Shown: positions 6,973 through 14,365 of the stretch, in pieces
Position numbering within the stretch: the first letter of the stretch is position 1
How the letters are laid out: each line of letters starts with the position of its first letter
From: Candidatus Iainarchaeum sp.
GTDB taxonomy: Archaea; Iainarchaeota; Iainarchaeia; Iainarchaeales; JAZDEL01
Reading direction: 5' to 3'
Length of the DNA: 32,000 bases
NCBI GenBank assembly: GCA_043808785.1
Contig: JAZDEL010000009.1
Span: 90,001-122,000 of the forward strand
Notes under the pieces: generated by a model
The model's input: the letters and a program-made list of their open reading frames with translations, nothing else
Told to the model about the DNA's origin: nothing
Databases searched by the model: none
Program-made: the position numbers and the translations under genes

Positions 6973-9611
6973 TTTATCCTTTTCACAACCTCCGCATGCA
7001 TCCTTCTCACAAACTCCAGCCTGTCCTCCATCTTCATTATGTCCGCCCTGCCAGCCATGAAAATGCCGAGCGCGAAGGGGCTGGGCACGGCATTCTGCAC
7101 CTTTTCCACTTTCAGCAGGCCTTTCTCAATTGCTTCCACAACCATCTCCGCGTGCTTGATATCCATGAGGTCTTCGAGGACTTCCCTGCGCGCCTCCTTC
7201 AGGATTGGGAAATTCAGGTCGATGCGTTTCACGGCGCTCAGAAGCAGGCGCGAGGACATCTGCTGCTTCCCCGCGCTTTTGTTCCTGCCCCTGTAATTGC
7301 GCAAAATCATCAGTGCGCGTACGGCGCAATGGCGGAACCGCCTGCTTAAAACCTCGGTGCGGTCTATTGCCATTTCGATAACCGTGCGCAATTCTTTGCT
7401 TTTAATCGCGGTCAGCGCTTTGTCAAGGGGCATTTTGTATGTACTACTCAAAACAAACCCGTTGTCGTTCATGCTCATTTCAATGTCCCTGTGCATTAAT
7501 TTGCTGAGTGCGAAGGCATAGGAGCGGCTGAGGACGTCATTCGTGCGCCTGCCAAACAGGCTGTGGAAGATTAAGTGTGTTGTTTCCCCTTCCTTGTAAT
7601 ATTCCACAAGCAGGCGCCCGCGGTGCGGGATTTTGGAGAACGCATACTGCGCGCTGAAATATTCGTAAATCGCGTTCGCGGCTTTGTCATCTACATACAG
7701 GTATCGGTGCAGGAATTCAAGCACCTCCTCCCTGCTTCTCCCCGCCTTGAGCTTACCCTCCATAAGTTTCCTGAAATTCTGTATCTCGTTCGCCAAATCG
7801 AAGGACAGGGGAAGCATTTCGCTCACCCATGATGGCACGGTAGGGGGGCGCTTGCTCGCGCTTTTTACCTGCGCAACCATTCCGCGGGAGAAGCGGAATT
7901 CGTATGTTTGGCCACCGAGCACGAACACGTCACCTGGCCGAAGGCGCTCAAGGAAAGCCTCATCAATAGTGCCTATTTGCAAGTCCCCTACCTTCACATT
8001 TATCCGCGCCTCGTCGGGGATTGTGCCTATGTTCGTCATGTAAATTATGCGCGCCTGCTTGCCGCGCCTGCCGACAATTCCTGTTTCCCTGTCGTACCAT
8101 ATTTTTGCGTAAACATGCCTTACCTCGAGCGCTGCGTATTCCCCCGAAAGGTAATCTATGACATCGTTAAAATCCGCACGCGAAAGGTTCCTGTAATTGT
8201 AGGAGCCGCGGACCAGTTTGTAAATGTCGTCTATGTGCATTTTTTCCGCAATCGCAATTCCGTAAATGTGCTGCGCAAGCACGTCGAGGCAGTTTTGGGG
8301 GATTTGGATTTTGTCAATCTTCTTCTCAAGTGCGTTCTTCAGCAGGACCGCACACTCGACAAGGTCATCGCGGTCAAGAACGATTATCCTGCCCTTCACT
8401 GTCTCGTGCAGCATGTGCCCGCTCCTGCCCATCCTTTGTATCGCACGCGCGACGGATTTCGGTGAGGAAAGGAGAATCACGAGGTCTATGTAGCCTATAT
8501 CAATCCCCAGCTCCAGGCTCGTGCTGCACACAACAGCCTTTAACTCGCCGCGCTTGAGGCGTTCCTCGACATTAAGCCTCATTTCCCTGCTCAATGAGCT
8601 GTGGTGCGCGCCTATGTTCCCTTCCATGTATTTCGCAGGGAACTTTTCCTTCAGATGGTGCACAACACGTTCCGTGGCCGCGCGCGTGTTCGTGAATACA
8701 AGGGTTGTGCGGTTCTGCTGGATAAGGGTGTCGAGCAGGGAGTACAGGGATTCGTGTATTTGCTCCTGCGACACATCGGTGAAACTGCCAAGGGGCGAAA
8801 TCACCTTCAAATCCATCTTTTTCAGGAAATTGACATCCACAACCGCACAATCGCGCGGCTCGTTATGGTTTTTCATGCCGACAAGGAATTCCGCAATTTC
8901 GTTGAGCGGGGAAACCGTGGCGCTCAGGCCTATCCTGCACATTTCCGGGCTAAGGCGCCGAAGCCTTTCGAGCGAGAGTGATAGGTGCACGCCCCGCTTG
9001 TTCTCGGCAAGCGCGTGCACCTCATCAACAATTAACCACTTCACGTTGCGCATGTTTTCGCTGAATTTCGGGGCATTCAGGAGGATTGCCAAACTTTCGG
9101 GCGTTGTTATGAGGATATGCGGCGGCTTCCTGAGCATCTTGGAGCGCTCGCTCTGGGAAGTGTCCCCTGTGCGCACGGAAACACGGACCGCCCTATTTTG
9201 GCTCGCGCCAAAATGGGCGCAATTGGGCTCACGCCCAATTAGCGCGATTTTTTTGTTTCGTTTTTTTGCGAGTGCGGTTATTTCCTCAAGCGGAGAATCA
9301 AGGTTGCGCTCGATGTCGTTGCTCAGCGCGCGCAGGGGCGAAATATAAATGCAGTAAACCCTGTCCTCCAATTGGGAGTGTTCGCTCAGGGTAATGAGTT
9401 CATTCAGGATTGCGGTGAACCCTGCAAGCGTCTTTCCAGTGCCTGTTTCCGCGCTTACAAGGGTGTTAACGCAGTTGTGTATGTTCGGGATTGCGTAGCG
9501 CTGGGGCTCTGTGAATGAGCCGAACTTTTGCATGAACCACGAGCGCATCAGCGGGTTAAGCAGCGCGAAAATCTGTTCATCCCCGTGCTTTTCCTTCTGC
9601 AGCCTTATCAT
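6969..9611 (-). CDS. lhr: Lhr-type ATP-dependent DEAD/DEAH-box helicase with C-terminal Lhr/DEAD-associated region
   Basis: AETGTGKT (motif I), LIVDEVHAL (DEVH), GLSATV, HHSSLS, STSLELGIDIG, QRMGRSGH (motif VI), plus about 400 aa of C-terminal extension. ATG 9611 (MIRLQKEK...) is preferred; the 72-codon upstream extension overlaps the nitroreductase gene. Confidence 0.95.
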   Translation of the reverse strand: MIRLQKEKHGDEQIFALLNPLMRSWFMQKFGSFTEPQRYAIPNIHNCVNTLVSAETGTGKTLAGFTAILNELITLSEHSQLEDRVYCIYISPLRALSNDIERNLDSPLEEITALAKKRNKKIALIGREPNCAHFGASQNRAVRVSVRTGDTSQSERSKMLRKPPHILITTPESLAILLNAPKFSENMRNVKWLIVDEVHALAENKRGVHLSLSLERLRRLSPEMCRIGLSATVSPLNEIAEFLVGMKNHNEPRDCAVVDVNFLKKMDLKVISPLGSFTDVSQEQIHESLYSLLDTLIQQNRTTLVFTNTRAATERVVHHLKEKFPAKYMEGNIGAHHSSLSREMRLNVEERLKRGELKAVVCSTSLELGIDIGYIDLVILLSSPKSVARAIQRMGRSGHMLHETVKGRIIVLDRDDLVECAVLLKNALEKKIDKIQIPQNCLDVLAQHIYGIAIAEKMHIDDIYKLVRGSYNYRNLSRADFNDVIDYLSGEYAALEVRHVYAKIWYDRETGIVGRRGKQARIIYMTNIGTIPDEARINVKVGDLQIGTIDEAFLERLRPGDVFVLGGQTYEFRFSRGMVAQVKSASKRPPTVPSWVSEMLPLSFDLANEIQNFRKLMEGKLKAGRSREEVLEFLHRYLYVDDKAANAIYEYFSAQYAFSKIPHRGRLLVEYYKEGETTHLIFHSLFGRRTNDVLSRSYAFALSKLMHRDIEMSMNDNGFVLSSTYKMPLDKALTAIKSKELRTVIEMAIDRTEVLSRRFRHCAVRALMILRNYRGRNKSAGKQQMSSRLLLSAVKRIDLNFPILKEARREVLEDLMDIKHAEMVVEAIEKGLLKVEKVQNAVPSPFALGIFMAGRADIMKMEDRLEFVRRMHAEVVKRIN

Positions 9612-9631
9612 AAAAAAGCATGCCTGAAAAA

Positions 9632-9643
9632 GGGTTATAAAAC
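9632..9643 (-). promoter_or_regulatory. TATA-like box for the helicase gene
   Basis: The minus strand reads GTTTTATAACCC, centred about 27 nt upstream of ATG 9611. Confidence 0.45.
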
Positions 9644-9720
9644 AAACCAAAACCGTGCGTAATTCGCAACGGCGTTCGGTTTTTTTTGGTGCGGATTTAT
9701 TGCCGGCCTTTGCCGCGCGT

Positions 9721-10221
9721 TCAGTTCTTGCCAAACTCTTCGTAAAAGACGAACTCTTGCTTCCCCTTCCTCGGCCTTTGCGCAGGCTTCTCATCCGCCT
9801 TGCCCACGGGCATGAGCGCCACAACCTTCAGGTTCGCGGGCACCTTGAGCGCCTTTTTCACTTCAGCCTCATCAAAGGCGCCTATCCAGCAGCAGCCGTA
9901 GCCGAGTTCCGTAGCCTGCAGCGCGATGTGCTCAAGCGCAATTGCCGCATCTATGCTTGTCCAGCGCGAGATTTTTTCGTCCACAACAACACAGAAAACA
10001 GCGGAAGCCTGCGCCATGAACATCTGCCCGAGGCATGCCTGCGCAACCTTTTTCTTAACCGCGGCATCGCGGACAATTATGAAATTGCATGGCTGCAAAT
10101 TCTTTGCGCTCGGCGCAAGCCTTGCGGCTTCAACCAAGGTTTCGATTTCCGAATCGGAAATTTCGTGGCTTTTGTAAGCGCGGATGCTCCTGCGCTTTTC
10201 GATAGCCTCTTTTACATCCAT
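9721..10221 (-). CDS. Nitroreductase-family (FMN) protein
   Basis: MDVKEAIEKRRSIRAYKS...LVEAARLAPSAKNLQPCNFIIV is the typical nitroreductase N-terminal pattern. Confidence 0.9.
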   Translation of the reverse strand: MDVKEAIEKRRSIRAYKSHEISDSEIETLVEAARLAPSAKNLQPCNFIIVRDAAVKKKVAQACLGQMFMAQASAVFCVVVDEKISRWTSIDAAIALEHIALQATELGYGCCWIGAFDEAEVKKALKVPANLKVVALMPVGKADEKPAQRPRKGKQEFVFYEEFGKN

Positions 10222-10240
10222 AGGGCTCTCGCCCCCGCCA

Positions 10241-10480
10241 TCATTTCTTCAGGTACAGCAAAATGCCCGCCAAAAAGAAGGCGAACCCGACAAAGGGGTT
10301 AACTGCGCTGAGCGGCTCGGGCAGGGTCGGGAAATTTATCCACATCCCCACTGCGACGCCTATCAGCAGCATGCCTATCATCTCATTGCTCATAACATCA
10401 CTCCCGAAAAACGGCGTACTTACTACTGCGGAACTTATATAAAAAACCGACACTGCGGCGCAAAAAGAGGCTAAAATCAC
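10241..10480 (-). CDS. Small hydrophobic membrane protein (2-3 TM), hypothetical
   Basis: GTG 10480 gives 79 aa. Alternative ATG 10393 is preceded by GGGAGTGATG (SD-like) and gives a 50-aa two-TM protein. It ends 19 nt upstream of the nitroreductase start, so the two are probably co-transcribed. Confidence 0.55.
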   Translation of the reverse strand: MILASFCAAVSVFYISSAVVSTPFFGSDVMSNEMIGMLLIGVAVGMWINFPTLPEPLSAVNPFVGFAFFLAGILLYLKK

Positions 10481-10509
10481 ATTAAAATAAAATGAAAAAT
10501 GAGGGGATG

Positions 10510-10634
10510 AGAACAGGTTACAAAAGAGGGGGAAAGACTGCCCAGAAAGGAGGAAAAAGAACTCTCCGCATATCCTCCATACTCAACAAAGCTGAGTGTG
10601 CTTGCTTTCGCCCCTCTTTTTTGTCACCTGTTCT
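10510..10634 (-). ncRNA. Candidate structured RNA / long leader (alternatively a MITE-like inverted-repeat element)
   Basis: 10510-10536 pairs with 10605-10634: 26 bp with one mismatch and two small bulges. Two internal hairpins at 10549-10578 and 10581-10597. A TATA-like box lies upstream and T-rich tracts downstream on the minus strand. No family recognised. Confidence 0.3.
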
Positions 10635-10670
10635 TGGTTCAATCACCTCGCACATAATACGCTATTCTCA

Positions 10671-10680
10671 TTTATATACT
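10671..10680 (-). promoter_or_regulatory. TATA-like box upstream of the structured element
   Basis: The minus strand reads AGTATATAAA and predicts a start near 10649, about 15 nt before the long helix. Confidence 0.35.
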
Positions 10681-10779
10681 TTTCTGCCCCGCGTGCCGGT
10701 GAAAATATGAATTAGGAATCCTAACTTTTTTTGGCATTTGCCGAAGATGGGTTTGGCAAAAAATTAGCCTGCGGCGGCA

Positions 10780-11727
10780 CTACTTCGCGTGCAGCAATGC
10801 ACTTACGCTCTTCTCCTCGTGTATCGCGAGTATCGAGCAGGCGAGCAGTTTCGCAATGGAAAGGACCCTGAGTTTCGGGAACTGCTTCTCCTTGGGCAGG
10901 GGGATTGTGTTCGTCACAACAACCTCCTTTATCGGCGCCTTCTGCAGCCTCTCCACCGCGGGCCCTGCCAAAACCGCGTGCACGCATGTTGCATAAATAT
11001 CATTTGCACCCGCCTTTTTCAGCGCCTCCGCGGCATTTACCGTGGTGCCGCCCGTGTTTATTTCATCATCCACAATTATCGCGTTCTTCCCCTTCACATC
11101 GCCGATTACGTTCATTACTTCCGCAACGTTCGGCTTCGGCCTGCGCTTGTCTATTATCGCAAGCGGCGCATCGAACTCCTTCGCGTACGCCCTTGCGCGC
11201 TTTGTTGCCCCCACATCCGGCGCCACAATCACGACATTCCCGAGCCTCTTCTTTTTGAAGTAATCGATTATAACGTCCGAGGCATAAAGGTAATTGTGGG
11301 ATATGTCGAAGAAGCCCTGTATCTGCTCCGCGTGCAGGTCAAGGGTAACGACAGCGTTTGCCCCCGCCTTCTCCAGCAGGTTTGCCACGAGTTTTGCGGT
11401 TATGGGTTCCCTGTGCTTGGCCTTGCGGTCCTGTTTTGCATAGCCGTAATAGGGTATGACCGCGGTTATGCGCCTTGCCACTGCGCGCTTTGCCGCGTCT
11501 ATCATTATCAGAAGTTCCATCAGGTTGTCGTTCTGAGGGTAGCACGTGGGCTGGATTATGAAAACATCCTTGCCGCGCACAAGTTCGCCGATGTTGATAT
11601 AGGTTTCGCCGTCGGCAAACTTCGTGATTTCAACCTTGCCGAGCTTTACCCCGAGGTATTCCGCGGTTTCCTCCGCAAGCTTCGGGTTCGCGGTGCCCGA
11701 AAAAACCCTCAAATCGGCGAGTGCCAT
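10780..11727 (-). CDS. prs: Ribose-phosphate pyrophosphokinase (PRPP synthetase)
   Basis: VTLDLHAEQIQGFFDI and AIIVDDEINTGGTT (PRPP-binding loop). ATG 11727 (MALADLRVFSG...) is preferred over the longer ORF. Confidence 0.95.
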   Translation of the reverse strand: MALADLRVFSGTANPKLAEETAEYLGVKLGKVEITKFADGETYINIGELVRGKDVFIIQPTCYPQNDNLMELLIMIDAAKRAVARRITAVIPYYGYAKQDRKAKHREPITAKLVANLLEKAGANAVVTLDLHAEQIQGFFDISHNYLYASDVIIDYFKKKRLGNVVIVAPDVGATKRARAYAKEFDAPLAIIDKRRPKPNVAEVMNVIGDVKGKNAIIVDDEINTGGTTVNAAEALKKAGANDIYATCVHAVLAGPAVERLQKAPIKEVVVTNTIPLPKEKQFPKLRVLSIAKLLACSILAIHEEKSVSALLHAK

Positions 11728-11750
11728 ACAATCATATCTTGGTTCAAACT

Positions 11751-11761
11751 GGTTTAAATAG
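11751..11761. promoter_or_regulatory. Shared TATA-like box between divergent prs and the HAD-like gene
   Basis: GGTTTAAATAG is centred about 29 nt from ATG 11727 (minus) and about 26 nt from ATG 11782 (plus). Confidence 0.45.
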
Positions 11762-11781
11762 TTTTGTTTTCCATTATTTTT

Positions 11782-12462
11782 ATGCTCTGCAAAAAAACCC
11801 TTATTTTCCTCTGCATGGAAGATGTGCTTACGCCCGGCAGGGTTTCGGAAAAAGTTGATGTGCGGGAGGTCAAAAAAATCCTGCAGAACCTGCACGCTCT
11901 CGAGGGGAAAGGCACGCTCGCCTTAGTGCTCCTCAGCGGCAGCCCGGAGGAAAAAACGAAAAAAACCCTCAAAGAGCACGGGTTCGCGGAATTTTTTAAG
12001 CCCGAAAATGTGTTTGCCGTGGCAAAGGGTTACTTGGATTCCAAGTCCGAGGCCGACCGCCTGCTGTATGAAAAAAATATCGCAAAAGACCCGCAGTTCA
12101 AGGACGAGTATTTCAAGCAGCACGTGATTATGGAGTTCATCCGCAGGGGGGAAGTGCCAAAGGAACGCATGCTTCTCCTTGGGCACGACCTGCTCACTGA
12201 CGGGTTCTACACGCTTCGTTTCTCAGGCATTGACTTCGCCCTCCTGGAGGACGCGCACAGCGAGAGGCACGCAAAGAAAGATGCGAAAATAAAGGGGCTT
12301 GTCTATTTCAGGCGCACATGGGGGGGTGTAAGGAAACTTATTTCATACTTCCCCGAGCACGATTACTCGGGGCTCGAGAAGTTCATTTTCGAGGAACTCA
12401 GGGAGCACCTGTGCAGGGATACGAAGTTAGGGGCGCTTGCCGCGATTGGGAAAAGGGGTTGA
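11782..12462 (+). CDS. HAD-superfamily-like protein with non-canonical motif I (Cys/Glu instead of Asp/Asp)
   Basis: LIFLCMEDVL aligns to motif I (hhhhDxDx[TV][LV]). LVLLSGS matches motif II. GHDLLTDG matches motif IV (DxxxD). ATG 11782 is chosen from the TATA spacing; ATG 11815 would remove motif I. Confidence 0.7.
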   Translation: MLCKKTLIFLCMEDVLTPGRVSEKVDVREVKKILQNLHALEGKGTLALVLLSGSPEEKTKKTLKEHGFAEFFKPENVFAVAKGYLDSKSEADRLLYEKNIAKDPQFKDEYFKQHVIMEFIRRGEVPKERMLLLGHDLLTDGFYTLRFSGIDFALLEDAHSERHAKKDAKIKGLVYFRRTWGGVRKLISYFPEHDYSGLEKFIFEELREHLCRDTKLGALAAIGKRG

Positions 12463-12510
12463 AAGCGTCCCAAACCCGAAAATGCCAAGCGTCTGGCGGA
12501 GGCAATAAGT

Positions 12511-12897
12511 TTATTCGTTTTTCCTGCGCTCCCGCCCAAGGTTCAATTTGCGCCTGTCGTGAGGGTAGCTTTTTCTATCCCATCCCGTACCCACCATATC
12601 TCTCCCGCGTCTTGTGTGCAGAATATCGCCTTCCTCCGCAGTAGGCATGTCTTCAACGCCTCCCTTCGGCACTTCGAAGGTTGTTGGAAGTTCCTGGCTC
12701 GGGCTGGTCCGGACGTTTCCCCAAGGTATGCCGCCCTTCATTTTTCCCTTAGGAAACTGCGGAGCCGCGTAAGCCTTGGACCATTCACCAGGAGCCCTTC
12801 TCTCACCCCGCACTCGTTCATTAGTGAGGGCGGGTGTTGTGCCCGTAGGCGTAATTTTCTTAGTAAATATTTTTTTAACTATTTTTTTGATTCCCAT
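12511..12897 (-). CDS. Hypothetical basic, G/P/K/R-rich low-complexity protein
   Basis: 128-codon ORF. GGTGAT lies 3 nt upstream of ATG 12897. The competing plus-strand ORF (12559-12990) looks non-protein-like. No motif recognised. Confidence 0.45.
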   Translation of the reverse strand: MGIKKIVKKIFTKKITPTGTTPALTNERVRGERRAPGEWSKAYAAPQFPKGKMKGGIPWGNVRTSPSQELPTTFEVPKGGVEDMPTAEEGDILHTRRGRDMVGTGWDRKSYPHDRRKLNLGRERRKNE

Positions 12898-12981
12898 AAA
12901 ATCACCAATATAGTATGCGAACCTTTCTATTTAAACTTTGCTTATGTCTTGCGGGATTCGGGGTGCGCGGGTAAAGCAACC

Positions 12982-12989
12982 TTTTTATA
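12982..12989 (+). promoter_or_regulatory. TATA-like box for enolase
   Basis: TTTTTATA is centred about 26 nt before ATG 13012. Confidence 0.5.
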
Positions 12990-13011
12990 GCAGAATGTGC
13001 TTATTCTGTCC

Positions 13012-14286
13012 ATGAAAACTCGCGAGATTAAATCCGTCCGCGCGCGCTGGGTTCTTGACAGCCGCAGCTGCCCGACTGTTGAAGCAACGGTAAGCACAAA
13101 GCGGTTTTCAGCGAGCGCGATTGTGCCCAGCGGCGCAAGCACAGGCACGCACGAGGCAAAGGAACTCCGCGATTCGGGCAGGGCTTTTTACGGAAAGGGT
13201 GTCGATAGGGCAGTTGCAAATGTCAACAGCGACATTGCGAAAAGGCTGCGCGGAACGGATGTGGCAGCACAGCGCGATATCGACAACGCGATGATTGAAC
13301 TCGACGGCACGCCGAACAAGGCAAGGCTCGGCTCCAATGCAATGCTTTCGGTTTCCCTTGCATGCGCAAGGCTCGGCGCAATGGAGAAGGGCGCGCCGCT
13401 TTATGCCTATTTGGGGGGGCTTGCAAAGAACAAAAAATTCGCAATGCCCGTGCCTTTCATGAACATAATAAACGGCGGCGTTCACGCCGGCAGCTACCTC
13501 GACATACAGGAACTCATGATTGCGCCTGTAGGGGCAAAAAACTTTTCAGAAGCGGTGAGGATGTGCTCCGAAACTTATCACCTGCTCAAAATGACCCTGA
13601 GCGACAAGTACGGCAGGGGCGCGACTAATGTCGGGGATGAAGGGGGCTTTGCGCCGCAGATGAAGTCCGCAGCGGAAGCGCTCGACTGCATAACTGCCGC
13701 AATCAGGGAACTCGGCTACGGCAAGAAAATAAAACTCGCACTGGATGCCGCGGCATCGGAATTATACGACGAGCAGAGGGGCAGGTATGTTGTGGAGGGA
13801 AGGCGCATGTCCGCGGGAAGGCTCGCGGAGTATTACGGGGACCTGTGCAAAACCTACCAGATAATTTCCATAGAGGACCCGTTTGCGCAGGAGGACTGGG
13901 ATGCGTTTGCGGAACTCACGCGCACCCTCGGGAAAAAAGTGCAGGTTGTCGGGGACGACCTGCTCGTAACGAACGCCGCGAATGTGGCAAAGGCCGCGAA
14001 GATGCGCGCTGCAAATGCCCTGCTCCTGAAGCCTAACCAGGCAGGGACGCTTACCGAGGCGCTCGATGCCGCGGAACTCGCGCTTGCGCATAACTTCGGG
14101 GTTATGGTCTCGCACCGCTCGGGGGACAGCGAGGATTCGTTCATTGCTGATTTGGCTGTCGGGCTCGGCAGCGGGCAGATAAAGTCGGGCGCGCCCTGCA
14201 GGGGCGAACGCACCGCAAAGTACAACCGCCTTCTGAGGATTGAAGGGGAGCTTAAAAATACCCCCTATGGCGGGCACAGGTTTTAG
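13012..14286 (+). CDS. eno: Enolase (phosphopyruvate hydratase)
   Basis: SGASTGTHEAKELRD, LLLKPNQAGTLTEA, MVSHRSGDSEDSFIADLAVG. ATG 13012 is preferred over GTG 12997. Confidence 0.97.
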   Translation: MKTREIKSVRARWVLDSRSCPTVEATVSTKRFSASAIVPSGASTGTHEAKELRDSGRAFYGKGVDRAVANVNSDIAKRLRGTDVAAQRDIDNAMIELDGTPNKARLGSNAMLSVSLACARLGAMEKGAPLYAYLGGLAKNKKFAMPVPFMNIINGGVHAGSYLDIQELMIAPVGAKNFSEAVRMCSETYHLLKMTLSDKYGRGATNVGDEGGFAPQMKSAAEALDCITAAIRELGYGKKIKLALDAAASELYDEQRGRYVVEGRRMSAGRLAEYYGDLCKTYQIISIEDPFAQEDWDAFAELTRTLGKKVQVVGDDLLVTNAANVAKAAKMRAANALLLKPNQAGTLTEALDAAELALAHNFGVMVSHRSGDSEDSFIADLAVGLGSGQIKSGAPCRGERTAKYNRLLRIEGELKNTPYGGHRF

Positions 14287-14365
14287 CCCTGCCTTGCGCC
14301 GCCGAAAAAGCGCGGAACAACAACAAATAAATATGATGGTGCCTTTCTATTGTCGGGGCTTAAAA

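Noticed and set aside
9658-9687. A hairpin plus T8 run on the plus strand between the nitroreductase stop and the lhr promoter.
   Set aside because: Its orientation does not match the flanking minus-strand genes. It is likely incidental or a barrier to antisense transcription, and I cannot evaluate it without transcript data.
9612-9824. N-terminal ORF extensions in the track: lhr to 9824, prs to 11895, nadB to 20562, nadA to 16619, the radical SAM gene from 17376, the CNNM gene from 14240, the antitoxin to 29738, and tldD to 24817.
   Set aside because: The extensions overlap neighbouring genes or promoters and have non-protein-like composition. An internal ATG sits at the conserved family N-terminus and at the TATA spacing.
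10510-10634. Identifying the structured element as 5S rRNA, SRP RNA, a C/D-box sRNA or a fluoride (crcB) riboswitch.
   Set aside because: None of the conserved sequence blocks of these families is present in the expected arrangement. The GGGGATGAG string resembling the crcB motif is on the strand antisense to the downstream gene, and the downstream membrane protein is not CrcB-like in size.
10492-10710. A 72-codon plus-strand ORF and a 20-codon minus-strand ORF (10518-10580, MEDMRRVLFPPFWAVFPPLL) inside the structured element. I also considered a type I toxin reading.
   Set aside because: Neither has a usable SD or promoter. The 72-aa product is non-protein-like, and the 20-aa peptide is too Pro-rich for a membrane helix.
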